Shown here: piece by piece, positions 52,549-64,000 of the stretch | How the letters are laid out: every line of letters begins with the position of its first letter | Numbering within the stretch: the first letter of the stretch is position 1 | DNA from: Tubiluchus corallicola | Lineage: Eukaryota; Animalia; Priapulida | DNA: 64,000 nt | Assembly (NCBI GenBank): GCA_030141605.1 | Contig: JAQGDQ010000181.1 | Location: 145,981 to 209,980, forward strand | Direction: 5' to 3' | Notes under the pieces: model-generated | What the model was told of the DNA's origin: nothing | The model's input: only the letters and a program-made list of their open reading frames with translations | Database searches by the model: none | Translations under genes and position numbers: made by a program

Positions 52549-55309
52549 ATTGACAATCTAAATTGCAGACGTTGCTGTAAACTGTTATTATGCTGAACAA
52601 TCTATACACGTGTAATATAACGTGGAAAGAAAACTGTTAGGCAACTACAACAATCCACACTGATAACTCAGCAGACAACTGCACTTTACTTAAAGAGGCA
52701 GAACTCAAAAATGCAGCCTGTTTTCATATCTACAGGTATTTCTGCTTAAATGCCAGCAGTCAAGGTGTGATCACAAAAGCTGCCCTGCCCAAAGGACTAC
52801 ATCCACAACAATTACAAATGACAACCTGTTTACAGATCCTTGGGTGATTCCGGCAAAAATAATGACGAAACTGAGAAAATGCCTCAAGGAAAAGCTCTAA
52901 GTCGGCGGTAAGTTCTAACAGCCACACAAAATTGTAAACGACGGATATGTAAAACAAGCTGGGTCAGTACCACGCGAGAAATGCTTAGACAAGAATCATT
53001 CGCATTCGAACAATTTCGGAATTCTTATTTATTATTATCAAAAACTATCCAAAAAAAACATCTAGTCTTTACAGCTGCTGGCTAAACTCAATTAAGAACT
53101 AATGGAAATACACTAATTAGTTAATTAAGTGAATTTAATGAAGGTCAAGGGTACAAGAACTGAACTTTGAACACACAACACAAAGAAAGATGTCAAAGCT
53201 GCTTCTGCAATGAAGCGGATGTACATTAAAATGTGAAGGATGTGCAGTGACAAGTCCCTTTTGGCCTTGAAGTGACACAAAGGTTTGCAGATTAATTAAT
53301 TAATCTTTGACCTGAGGACATAATGGCACACAAGCTTAAATCAGCTGATGGACCGACATAATTGAATTGTGGCTTAATCGCAGTACAAATTATTGCTATG
53401 ACATTTTGAATCTTTTGCCCAACGAAAAAGAGTGTTAATTTCTGAAATGCTGTCAAAGTATTACATATAAATGAAATCTGACACAATGCAGACTTCTGCA
53501 TAGCTTGTTAAAGTGTCATATTGTAATTACAATAGTTTTCAGACTAAATACTACCAAAACCCAAACAAAAAATCCTATTTACCAACAAAGCCACATCTAT
53601 TATCTGAAACATTTCAAGAAAATTCACACAGTATTCGCTAATAATGGAAATAGGTAGTATGATAATTACACATTATCAACGCTTCTGTATTATCTCATTA
53701 AATATGTTGATTTATAATTTAGTTTCTTCTCATTGTATTTATATTCAGCCATTGTGTGATATTGGTGCTTGAACTTCTGCATATTTTTGCCTGCATTTCC
53801 TCCCTATTTTTGCTGTTTGATCCGGCAATCCATAAAGCTTGGTTTTGTCTTTGCTGTTCGCGTCGTTATAACATTTATCTTTAAAAGCCAACACAGGCGC
53901 AGTTTGCATTGTAATACGTACGGTTTTCTCATACAAAAATGCAGATTCTAAATTTTACAAAAAACAGATCCATGGTAATTGTAAATAATTTTTTTATGGA
54001 AACCATTAACTTTACAGGAAACAAGCAAATAGGTTGTACTGGAACTAAGCACATTAGTGATTCTATTCTAGCTGAAGCTACAGGAAGCTCACGAAAATGA
54101 AACTCGCTAAAGTTGAGTGGTGCAGACCAACGGTAAAGGTCATAATTCCCAAAATCAGCTGAGTAATCTGAAATGTTGTGAACTTTGCTACACTGCTGCA
54201 AAATGTCAATAATTTTTCTATATTAATAGTAAGTGGATGTCAAAAATTCGGCTTTAAGGCCTCTGAGAATGCCAAGGACTGAGAATGACCCTGAGCTTAC
54301 TTTTTTGAATGCAGGTATAAACAGGCATCAACACATAATTATGGGTCAACTGCACTGTGTATATTAAGTTACACATAATAAGCAAAAAGGGCATAAACTG
54401 GCTAACTCTAATTGCACAACACTGCAGTCAGTAATTCGAACTCTTGTTATAACTCATTAAATATGAAATTAAAGTGGGTTACCAAAGTGAACATAAGCTA
54501 CACAACTATTAACAAACGATCTCGGTCAGATGTCTCATGTCACGTGCTGCATGTTAACAGTGCACTACTTGATATAAATTTATTTATTGCTGTGAGCACT
54601 TTTCAGGTCTGTGGCAAATAAATTTTTGCCACTTGCAATTTATTTTGTGCATGTTGATATGGCAACGCATTTGATGATGTGATTTACCGGTTTTAAAATA
54701 CTGCCTTTTTCAGTTTTAGAAGTATAAAAAAGAAAAGCATCACGGTACAAACCTCATGTGTTTCAGTGGTTCTCATTTTGCTAGTTCTAATGTCATTGCT
54801 GTCAGCTAAATACAGAAAGACTTTGCTAATCTCTGAAGGTAAAATTGTGCCAGCTGGAACATATACACACAAGTACTGGGGTACCGTAACAGGTATAACA
54901 CATTGCATTACAAGTGATGATTTTGTGGAGTGTTAAATTGAACACTGTTGTTTCATATGTTTTGTTCTTGTCTAACAAGTTTGCTCGCCTGTTATACTAT
55001 AGTTTTGTCATATATGTTTTGCCTGTACAAGTCAATTTGTTGAGATTTGTTTGAAAAAATGCAGCAACTCGTCTACCCTGGAAAGTTCCCAGTCACCTCT
55101 GCTCACCATCAGTGGTGTCAAGAGACACAAGGAGGCCAGAACCCCAGTCGGGCCAACTGAAAGTGTCTGGTCCAAACTGGAATTTATTCAAAAGAAAGTG
55201 AATGTGAAGAAAAACCAGGCCAGATAAAGATTCATAAATTCTCTATAATGGCACAGTTGCCAGGTGAGAATAGGGATCATATGAGTTGTGCTGACCAGGA
55301 ACCACCCTT

Positions 55310-56325
55310 GCTCTCCACAATACTGCTTATTGTACGTTTTCTGGCTCTCCACAACACTGTTTATTGTACGTTTTCTGGCTCTCCGCTACACTGTTTATCC
55401 TACGTTTTCTGGCTCTCCACAACACTGTTTATCTTACATTTTCTGGCTCTCCACAACACTGTTTATTGTACGTTTTCTGGCTCTCCATGACACTGTTTAT
55501 TGTACGTTTTCTGGCTCTCCGCTACACTGTTTATCCTACGTTTTCTGGCTCTCCACAACACTGTTTATCCTACGTTTTCTGGCTCTCCACAACACTGTTT
55601 ATTGTACGTTTTCTGGCTCTCCATGACACTGTTTATCCTACGTTTTCTGGCCCTCCATGACACTGTTTATCCTACGTTTTCTAGCTCTCCACAACACTGT
55701 TTATCCTACGTTTTCTGGCTCTCCACAACACTGTTTATCCTACGTTTTCTGGCTCTCCACAACACTGTTTATCCTACGTTTTCTGGCTCTCCACAACACT
55801 GTTTATCCTACGTTTTCTGGCTCTCCACTACACTGTTTATCCTACGTTTTCTGGCTCTCCATGACACTGTTTATCCTACATTTTCTGGCTCTCCATGACA
55901 CTGTTTATCCTACATTTTCTGGCTCTCCACTACACTGTTTATCCTACGTTTTCTGGCTCTCCATGACACTGTTTATCCTACGTTTTCTGGCTCTCCACAA
56001 CACTGTTTATCCTACGTTTTCTGGCTCTCCACAACACTGTTTATCCTACGTTTTCTGGCTCTCCACAACACTGCTTATCCTACATTTTCTGGCTTTCCAC
56101 GACACTGTTTATCCTACGTTTTCTGGCTCTCCACGACAGTTTATCCTACATTTTCTGGCTCTCCACAACACTGTTTATCCTACATTTTCTGGCTCTCCAC
56201 AACACTGTTTATCCTATGTTTTCTGGCTCTCCACAACACTGTTTATCCTATGTTTTCTGGCTCTCCACGACACTGTTTATCCTACATTTTCTGGCTCTCC
56301 ACAACACTGCTTATCCTACGTTTTC
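55310..56325. repeat. 34-bp minisatellite, about 30 copies
   Basis: Unit ctggctctccacaacactgtttatcctacgtttt in head-to-tail copies with point variants and no spacers. Confidence 0.98.
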
Positions 56326-57890
56326 ATTTGGCAAGTCAAACAGTGTTATTCAAACATTCATGTTCGGTGACTACTGCTCTGCAAGACTTATGGCGAGCTA
56401 AAATTTGCAAAAATCTAAAACAATCTGCAAAGTCAAAGAGGCATCTACACTTACATCAAAACTCTGATGTAGCAATTCAGGTAGTAACAGTGCAGCTTAT
56501 TATCAAAACCAATTCCAAGAACAATGAATTGCATAATTGTTCAATCACAGATGCTGTCATCTATGATCAACTTGGGCAACCAAAAAGTACTTTAAAAAAT
56601 GTTTCAACAGAATGTTTTCAAAATCTTAATGTAGCAAGAACAATAAGAAAAAAATTGTTGGTTATATAAGATAATTTCAACAGTTATGCGCTAACATTTT
56701 GTTCAAACTGACATCAGATTTGCCTGCTGAAATTTGTGAACTCTGACTTTTTTATCCAGTGACCCATTCAACTTAAATTTCTCTGACAATGCACATCGCT
56801 ATCCATCATTATAGCAAAGGAAATTTCCTTATTTTTATAAATGATCTACGATTATACAAAATTAGGTCTTACTATCTGGTAAAAGAGACACACAGGCAAA
56901 AAAGCCAATAAATTATTACTGTTATATAGTCCGGAACGTGAAGCATCGGATTACTCACTCATTTGAGTTTTTTCTGCCCAGCAGACTGTATATGTTATTT
57001 ATAACACCATTTGCCATTGCCACGCATCCATTTCTTCATAAAAATTTAGAACATGGAGTAGCTGAATTTTGCAAATTTTGTGAACAAATAATTCAAAGAG
57101 CAAAAGATGTGATAAATAATAGGCAACGAAATTATGTGAGCTATTTTTCCTAAAATAGTTTAGTCCTAGCTGATGTGAATGCAATTAATACAGCTGTTTC
57201 CGTCATTTACAATAGAAAAACTGAAGCAAGATACACTACTAAGCAATGAACACGATGACTAAATTGCATTTGTCAGGTGAACCAATGAGGCAACATTAGC
57301 CTGGGGTCCTATGAAGTGCTCTACATTTCGTTTGACAAAAACCATGAAATTACACAGCAGAACTACACTACACCTAATGGCCTAATAAAGATCTTAATTA
57401 AAATAAGACTTGCAGCTTTTCGTTCTTGTTAACACAATGAATTTATTCCTAACAAATTCACATACTACGCCTAAAGCAGAATAATTTCTGAAGGGTATGT
57501 TGTACTGTCCTTTAAAAGTTATGTGTTCTACTGCTTGAGTTAAAAAAATTGCAAAAGAGAACAAAAAACGACATTTTTTTCTCATTTTTTTTCCAAGTGC
57601 CCTAATTCAGAAAATTTAACTTGAATGAGACAATGAGACACTGACGATTGGTCAACACCTCATATGTCTAAAATGATAACCTTACGAACCTAATGATCAA
57701 GAAAATAAAAAAACTAGCGAAAACAGCTACAATCATCACACGTTTAGGCTAGACCTGATCCTGTTTCAAACCTCCATGTCATCCAGAAAAAATATCCCAT
57801 GTTTAGCTCAATTCCAAAGACAAATTACAGAGAAAGCTAACTTTTCCCCAGAACTCGCCAAGTCTTACTCAACCAATTTATGACACTCAC

Positions 57891-58230
57891 TGGTTTGAAG
57901 AAACCAAAAAACTTGAGATTTATTTTTAAGATTTTATTCTGAAATGCCTACATAAACAGTGAAGTAGTGTCATATTGAAAAGCAGAAAACCAAGTGACCA
58001 GAACTACAAGTGAAATCATTTAGGTGTGAAAACAGGTTTAGAAATTATGCATTCATAAAGACTGTAGAAGCCAATGAAAATTTAAACAGGAAAGAGAAAG
58101 TTCAACAATTTTAACAAGAGCACCTGAAGGTGGCAGCACTATCCAAAACTAAAAAAGTATGATGACATTAGGATAAATATACAACATAAATTTAGATTTA
58201 GAATAATTAAAAATGATTTTCTTTTGTCCA
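57891..58230 (-). repeat. 3' LTR, 340 bp (TG...CA)
   Basis: Minus strand begins TGGACAAAAG right after the PPT and ends TTCAAACCA; matches 63665-64000. Confidence 0.96.
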
Positions 58231-58241
58231 TCCTCCCCCTC
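58231..58241 (-). other. Polypurine tract
   Basis: GAGGGGGAGGA abutting the 3' LTR. Confidence 0.92.
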
Positions 58242-58249
58242 GTGATGTG

Positions 58250-61200
58250 TCAACCATCACCACACGATTCCAGGATGCAGATTTTGGAAATTGGTCTCGT
58301 CATTTGTTGATTGCCAACTTGAATTTTTGCGACTCTTACATGACCATCTTGCCCTGGATAGGTTTTGACGATTCGCCCAAGAGGCCAGTTTCCTCTAGTA
58401 GTTGCTGGATCTACAACTAAAACCACATCGCCAACTGAAACCTCGGGTTGCTGACGGTGCCATTTGTTTCTTGGGCTTAGTTCTGGTAACCATTCTTTTA
58501 ACCATCTCCTCCAAAAATGATGGACTAACTCTTGCACTCGTCTCCATCTTTTCCTAGGATGGTATGCAGTTGAGTCCAGTGCCTCTGGGGCAAACTGCCC
58601 GCCCATTTGACCAAACAGAAAATGATTTGGGGTTAAAGGAATGGTATCCTGTACGTCAGCTGATTGGTATGTTAGTGGCCTCGAGTTAATGAGCGCCTCT
58701 GCTCCAGTGAAGGCAGTAGTTAGTTCCTCGTCTGTTATGTCAGCATTGCCTAGAATTGCAGTGATGGCTTTCTTTGCAGACTTGATCATTGATTCGTGGA
58801 CTCCACCAAAGTGAGGTGCCATCGGTGGAATAAACAGCCACTCCACTCCTGTTAGTTTGGTGATTTTTCCTTGGTTAAACTCATTTACTAGTTCTCTTAG
58901 CTCTCGATCTGAGCCAACAAAATTAGTTCCATTATCGGAGATCATTTGCTGTGGCATCCCTCGACGATTTGTGAACCTGTGGAAAGCATTTAAGAATGAA
59001 TCCGTGTCTAATCCGTAAGCTACTTCCAAATGTACAGCTCTTGTAGCAGTACAAGTGAAAAGGCATAAGTATCTTTTCAAGCGAGCTTTTCCACGTCCTT
59101 GCTTTGTAAAGAATGGACCAGCAAAGTCTACAGCCGTTCTCGTAAAGGCTCTCATTGAAGGTGCAATGCGGTGTTGAGGTAATGGTGCCATAATTTGTGT
59201 TGCAGCTTTAGCCTTCCGTAGTCGGCACTGAAGACAAGACTTTTCACAGTCGCGAATCTCTTCTCGACCAGCCATAACCCAGAATTTGCTTGACAAGGAA
59301 CACAATGTCTGGTTAATTCCAGCAACATGTTTGCCTTTGTCATGATGGTGCTTCACAATCAAATGTGTCACCCAGTTTTTCCGTGGTAAGATTATGGGGT
59401 ACCGTGTGTCATACGATAGAAATTCGGCGTGTTCCAGACGTCCATTACATCGCAGGAGACCATCTTCATCAATTTTGGGGTTTAGCCGCAATAATTTGCT
59501 TGATGGCGGTAACTGCTTTCCACTTTCCAACTTTGAGTATTCTTCAGCAAATGCTGTCTTCTGCATATTTCCGATGACAGTTGATTCAGCTTGGCTCAGT
59601 TCTTTGCAAGTAAGCTCTCCAGATTCTCGATTCTCGTACGCTGCTACACAATTGTTTAAGAAACGAAATACCCATCCATAAACTCTTAGAAGTCGTGTCC
59701 ATGAAGAAAACCGTTCGGGTTGCAGTCTCTCCAAATTTATTTTTTGAGTACAAAATGTCGTAACCACAGTTTTCTTCATCTCATCTGTGGCTGACTGTTG
59801 CTTTCTAACGATCATTGCCGGCCACGATGCAGGATCTTTTTTGAGAAATGCTGGTCCTTTTAACCAAATCGAGTTCTCTGCAATTTCGTCTATAGTTGCA
59901 CCACGTGAAGCTAAATCAGCAGGATTTTCTTTGGTTGGCACATGCCTCCATTGTTCGGGATCCGTGTGACTTTGTATATTTCCAATCCTGTTGGCTACAA
60001 ATGGCTTGAATGCTCTGCTTCTTCCATGTATCCACCATAACACATCCATGCTGTCTGACCAAAACGTCACCTTGGTAATGGAAATTTGCAGTGTTGTTGT
60101 GGTTGACAAGCTAAGTTGTAAGCCAAGCACAGCTGCCATTAGCTCCAATCTTGGTACACTAACGACTTTCAGTGGAGCAACTCGTGTTTTTGATGCTACT
60201 AGCCTGGTGTCTACAGTGCCATTGATGTACGATGTTCGAGCATAAACAGCGCAAGCATAAGCTTGTTGTGAAGCATCAACAAAAGTATGGATGTCCATAC
60301 AGACAACTATTTTAGTCTGATCCATCCGCAGACAACGTGGAATTGTAAGCAGCTCCAGCTTTCCTAACTCCAATAACCATTGCCAAATTTTTGTCTCCAA
60401 ACAAGCATTTATTGTGTCATCCCAGCCAAAGCCTGCTGTCCAAATTTCTTGCAGTAATATCTTCCCACGAACTACAAATGGAGAAATAAATCCTGCAGGG
60501 TCAAAAATTGTTGCTAGTTTTCTCAGAACATTTCTCTTTGTCATCTTGAATTCGAGTGGTGGCATGTTGATGTGAAATGCAAAAACATCTGAACTTGCTC
60601 TCCAAATGACACCCAAAGTTTTGGTTGTTGGCAGCTCATGTTCTAAATCTATTTCTTGCAGGCGTTGTTCCACTGGTATTTCTGCTAAGACTTCTGATGA
60701 GTTCGACAACCATTTTCTTGCATACATGCCAGCTAGCGCCCAGAGTTCTGACAGTTCATGGTACAAAGTCTTTCCATCTTCAACCCTTGGAACAGAATCC
60801 ATGCTGTCATCCATGTATGTTGAATGCAGCACAGTCTCTGCAGCCATTGGAAATTTCTCTTGATTCTTTCTTGCATGTTCCTGTGTAACAAGTTGAGCTA
60901 AAAACGGTGATGCATTTTCTCCAAAAACTACGCGACAAAACTCATATTCATCTGGTTGCCTGGTGGTGTCAAGATTTCTCCAGAGGAAACGATGAAAAGG
61001 CCTGTCTTCTTCAGCTATTCCTATGCGAAGATACATTTCAGCAATGTCACAGACCAGGGCAATTGGTTCCTTCCGAAATCGAAGTAGAACGCTATTCAGG
61101 TCCTGCTGCAATTTTGGTCCTTGATGCACGGTATCATTCAAGGAAACTCCGTCACATTTGGCAGAGCCATCAAAGACTATTCGGCATTTTGTAGTTGATC

Positions 61201-63631
61201 GATCATGACGCACCACTGCAAAATGTGGAAGATACCATTTGGGAACTGCTGTTAATTCACCTGGTGCCACTTTGCGTATATACTCTTTCTCCAAATATTG
61301 CTCTATTGTGCCACAGTACTGCTTTGCAATTTCCGGGTTCTTTATTAACTTCTTTTCTGTGTTGATCAAGCGCTTCATTGCCATCCCTTTGTTGTCTGGT
61401 AGTTTTACACCTTCATCTTTCCACGGAATTTGTACTTCATAACGTCCATCAGCATATTTCAGTGTTTCCAAAGTTTTCTTTTTGACCAATGCATCTTCAA
61501 TGCTGATTGGCTGACCCTTTTCTTCGAGGCCAAAATTTTCATACTCCCAGAAACGTCGAAGTGTTCCATTAATTTCTCTGTTTAAAGTTTCTTCTCTGTT
61601 TAGGACACACATCGCAAAATGGGTGTGAGCATCTCTTATTTTCTCTTTTGTCTGCCCTACACATGTCCAGCCAAGTGGTGTCAATCGTGCAATTGGTTCT
61701 TCATTGGATCTTCCAGCCACTTCTCCTAGTGATTTGTGTAACAATGGGTAGTCTAAACCAATCAGCATATCGACTTTCAAAGGGCGGCTTAGTTTTGGAA
61801 AATTAATGTTTCTAAGGTGAAACCATTGGTTAGCATGGTGATTCCAGTCGTACGCTTTCAGGTTTCCAGTAACACTGTCTACTGCCTTTGCAGATATCAT
61901 CATGTCCAGGGTACTCTCTACATTTTCTAATCCCATGTGAACTGGCATAGTCTCGAATGTTGTCACATTCCCATTCAAAACGCTGACAGAAATTTCTTCG
62001 ATTGTCCCTTGTAAACCAAGTTCAGCTGCTACTGATGAATTCAAGAATGTTGATGTGCTGCCATCATCAAGAAGTGCATTAACCTGGAGACGTCTTGTAC
62101 CATTTTTCAGGATTACAGGAACTGTCCTCATGGCAATCATTGATGAGTTTCCACCCTTTATCGTCATGGTAGTCAGCTGTACTTGAGTACCTGTGGATGT
62201 TATCTCCCTCTCTTGCTTCCTTTGCTCTACAATGGCTTTTGGCATGCTACTCGATTTAGGATATGTTTGATGAAGAAGCCTGTTGTGATTCTGTGTGCAT
62301 GAATTTATTCCACAACTTCGCATTCTATAACATCGGCTAACTTGGTGGTCATCGCCCAGAAATTGGAAGCACAGCTTGAGTTTTGTGACAGCGTTCCATC
62401 TCCCATCCATGTCCAAATCCTTGAACTTCTGGCAAAACCAAATAGGGTGATCTTCTGTGCAGAATGCACATCTTCTACCAGGTGTCTTTCGCATTGCATG
62501 TGGCTGTTTTGATTGATTAGTGCTTCCCTGCTTTGCAAAAAATGTTTTGTTTTTCCATTTCGGTTTCTCATTCTGTGCTAGATTTCCAACTCCGTGGACA
62601 ATCTCAAAAGCCTGTGTTCTGCATTCTGCTTCTCGCACAATCCACTCTTTGAGAACCATGACAGAATCTTCTTTCTTATTTTCTAAAATCCAACATTTGT
62701 AATCCTTTACCATTTGCTCTGTTAACTTCTCCAGTAGCATGCTGTAGAACATTTGGCTATTTAACTCATTTTCTAGTCCAAACTCCTTGATGTTAATTAT
62801 TGCAATGTCGAGCAAATCAGCAAATTTACCAAGATCATCTGGGTTGTTAGCTCGCACTGGTTTGAAACTTCGCAATTCCTGGAACTGTAGTGCTATCTGT
62901 CTCGATTTCCCTCCAAACTTTCGCTCTAACCGCTGTAACGCAGCATCGTACGCCATAGCTGAATGTCCCAGATCAGAAATTGCTTGCAGTGCCACACCCG
63001 ATAAATATTGCCTAAGCTGAAGCAATTTGTATTCCTTTGTTGCAGGTGCATCATTTACACAGGCATTGAATGCAGCTTTCCAGTTCTCATATTCTTTCAC
63101 ATCTCCGGAAAACATTGGAATGCTAACTCTTTTCAATTGCTTCCACAAATCCCTACCAATGGATGGTTCCTCCGGCTCTTGAATGACAGCAGACGAGTGT
63201 AACTGCACTGGTTGTTTTTTATTACCATTAATCATTTTCAATTTCTGTTGATAATCATTTGATGCTTTTTCAAAAATCTCGTTCAGCTTTTCCATTTCTT
63301 GTTCCATTTTCTCAATCATATCAACATCATCCAGCGTGCAGTAATATTCATGCAACTCTCTAATAATGTCAGTAGTTCTTACTTGTATCAGATCCATCTG
63401 CTCCCAATGCTGTTTTATTAACTGTAAATCCTCCTGTTCCCATAGAATGACTCCAAACCGGTTGATCTGCTTTGTAAACTGTTGTTTTGCAGCCATTTTT
63501 TCCTTTTTCAAGGCTTTGACTCGGTCACCAATCCTTTCACTGGACTGTCCTCCACTTGCTTCACTGTTTTTGCTTTCTTCACCATCTTTTGACGAAGTAT
63601 CAACTGCACCTTTTTGTCCTGTTGTAGGCAT
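58250..63631 (-). CDS. BEL/Pao Gag-Pol polyprotein (~1793 aa from the first ATG)
   Basis: Gag (IPMFSGD..Y..W), three zinc knuckles, protease LLDDGS, RT YMDD, RNase H FVDAS/PRLEL/WSDS/NPADLASRG, integrase HHCC, DFAGP, SDNGTNF, GGVHES. Confidence 0.96.
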   Translation of the reverse strand: MPTTGQKGAVDTSSKDGEESKNSEASGGQSSERIGDRVKALKKEKMAAKQQFTKQINRFGVILWEQEDLQLIKQHWEQMDLIQVRTTDIIRELHEYYCTLDDVDMIEKMEQEMEKLNEIFEKASNDYQQKLKMINGNKKQPVQLHSSAVIQEPEEPSIGRDLWKQLKRVSIPMFSGDVKEYENWKAAFNACVNDAPATKEYKLLQLRQYLSGVALQAISDLGHSAMAYDAALQRLERKFGGKSRQIALQFQELRSFKPVRANNPDDLGKFADLLDIAIINIKEFGLENELNSQMFYSMLLEKLTEQMVKDYKCWILENKKEDSVMVLKEWIVREAECRTQAFEIVHGVGNLAQNEKPKWKNKTFFAKQGSTNQSKQPHAMRKTPGRRCAFCTEDHPIWFCQKFKDLDMDGRWNAVTKLKLCFQFLGDDHQVSRCYRMRSCGINSCTQNHNRLLHQTYPKSSSMPKAIVEQRKQEREITSTGTQVQLTTMTIKGGNSSMIAMRTVPVILKNGTRRLQVNALLDDGSTSTFLNSSVAAELGLQGTIEEISVSVLNGNVTTFETMPVHMGLENVESTLDMMISAKAVDSVTGNLKAYDWNHHANQWFHLRNINFPKLSRPLKVDMLIGLDYPLLHKSLGEVAGRSNEEPIARLTPLGWTCVGQTKEKIRDAHTHFAMCVLNREETLNREINGTLRRFWEYENFGLEEKGQPISIEDALVKKKTLETLKYADGRYEVQIPWKDEGVKLPDNKGMAMKRLINTEKKLIKNPEIAKQYCGTIEQYLEKEYIRKVAPGELTAVPKWYLPHFAVVRHDRSTTKCRIVFDGSAKCDGVSLNDTVHQGPKLQQDLNSVLLRFRKEPIALVCDIAEMYLRIGIAEEDRPFHRFLWRNLDTTRQPDEYEFCRVVFGENASPFLAQLVTQEHARKNQEKFPMAAETVLHSTYMDDSMDSVPRVEDGKTLYHELSELWALAGMYARKWLSNSSEVLAEIPVEQRLQEIDLEHELPTTKTLGVIWRASSDVFAFHINMPPLEFKMTKRNVLRKLATIFDPAGFISPFVVRGKILLQEIWTAGFGWDDTINACLETKIWQWLLELGKLELLTIPRCLRMDQTKIVVCMDIHTFVDASQQAYACAVYARTSYINGTVDTRLVASKTRVAPLKVVSVPRLELMAAVLGLQLSLSTTTTLQISITKVTFWSDSMDVLWWIHGRSRAFKPFVANRIGNIQSHTDPEQWRHVPTKENPADLASRGATIDEIAENSIWLKGPAFLKKDPASWPAMIVRKQQSATDEMKKTVVTTFCTQKINLERLQPERFSSWTRLLRVYGWVFRFLNNCVAAYENRESGELTCKELSQAESTVIGNMQKTAFAEEYSKLESGKQLPPSSKLLRLNPKIDEDGLLRCNGRLEHAEFLSYDTRYPIILPRKNWVTHLIVKHHHDKGKHVAGINQTLCSLSSKFWVMAGREEIRDCEKSCLQCRLRKAKAATQIMAPLPQHRIAPSMRAFTRTAVDFAGPFFTKQGRGKARLKRYLCLFTCTATRAVHLEVAYGLDTDSFLNAFHRFTNRRGMPQQMISDNGTNFVGSDRELRELVNEFNQGKITKLTGVEWLFIPPMAPHFGGVHESMIKSAKKAITAILGNADITDEELTTAFTGAEALINSRPLTYQSADVQDTIPLTPNHFLFGQMGGQFAPEALDSTAYHPRKRWRRVQELVHHFWRRWLKEWLPELSPRNKWHRQQPEVSVGDVVLVVDPATTRGNWPLGRIVKTYPGQDGHVRVAKIQVGNQQMTRPISKICILESCGDG

Positions 63632-63647
63632 GGTCACAAAAACTACT

Positions 63648-63658
63648 CTCTGCTACCA
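63648..63658 (-). other. Primer-binding site, initiator tRNA-Met
   Basis: TGGTAGCAGAG, 6 nt inside the 5' LTR end, complementary to the 3' end of metazoan tRNAi-Met (CUCUGCUACCA). Confidence 0.88.
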
Positions 63659-63664
63659 AACTTT

Positions 63665-64000
63665 TGGTTTGAAGAAACCAAAAAACTTGAGATTTATATT
63701 TAAGATTTTATTCTGAAATGCCTACATAAACAGTGAAGTAGTGTCATATTGAAAAGCAGAAAACCAAGTGACCAGAACTACAAGTGAAATCATTTAGGTG
63801 TGAAAACAGGTTTAGAAATTATGCATTTATAAAGACTGTAGAAGCCAATGAAAATTTAAACAGGAAAGAGAAAGTTCAACAATTTTAACAAGAGCACCTG
63901 AAGGTGGCAGCACTATCCAAAACTAAAAAAGTATGATGACATTAGGATAAATATACAACATAAATTTAGATTTAGAATAATTAAAAATGATTTTCTTTTG
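63665..64000 (-). repeat. 5' LTR (truncated by window edge)
   Basis: 336 bp matching 57891-58226 with two substitutions seen. Confidence 0.96.

Larger units (their letters stand above)
57891..64000 (-). mobile_element. BEL/Pao LTR retrotransposon, essentially full length (last ~4 bp of the 5' LTR outside window)
   Basis: Two direct LTRs, PBS, PPT and a single gag-pol ORF in PR-RT-RH-IN order. Confidence 0.97.

Noticed and set aside
55310-56325. CRISPR-like array or repetitive protein ORFs
   Set aside because: Units are contiguous with no unique spacers, there are no cas genes, and the context is eukaryotic. The ORFs cycle through all three frames of a 34-bp unit.
59152-63716. Many short overlapping ORFs inside the retrotransposon
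   Set aside because: Alternative-frame or antisense shadows of gag-pol; none resembles env.

Overview
AT-rich, intron-containing animal (probably invertebrate) genomic DNA, not prokaryotic. I reconstructed four host genes by hand: the 3' 11 coding exons of nucleoporin Nup88 (+), a cyclin G with an intronless CDS (-), a complete 18-exon SLF1/ANKRD32 (BRCT + ankyrin; -) and an intronless secreted mini-fibulin (-). The window ends with a very young, nearly intact BEL/Pao LTR retrotransposon (340-bp LTRs, 2 mismatches seen, PBS matching initiator tRNA-Met). Introns hold many non-autonomous DNA transposons (pogo/Tc1, hAT, PIF-like), a LINE tail, microsatellites and a 34-bp minisatellite. Best leads: an SPxR/K repeat module inserted in SLF1, four tandem uORFs and a palindromic p53-half-site-like array upstream of cyclin G, a foldback element built from two inverted tRNA-Thr-like arms, and the unusual fibulin. 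I see no unambiguous new biological system. All family calls come from remembered motifs, not database searches.
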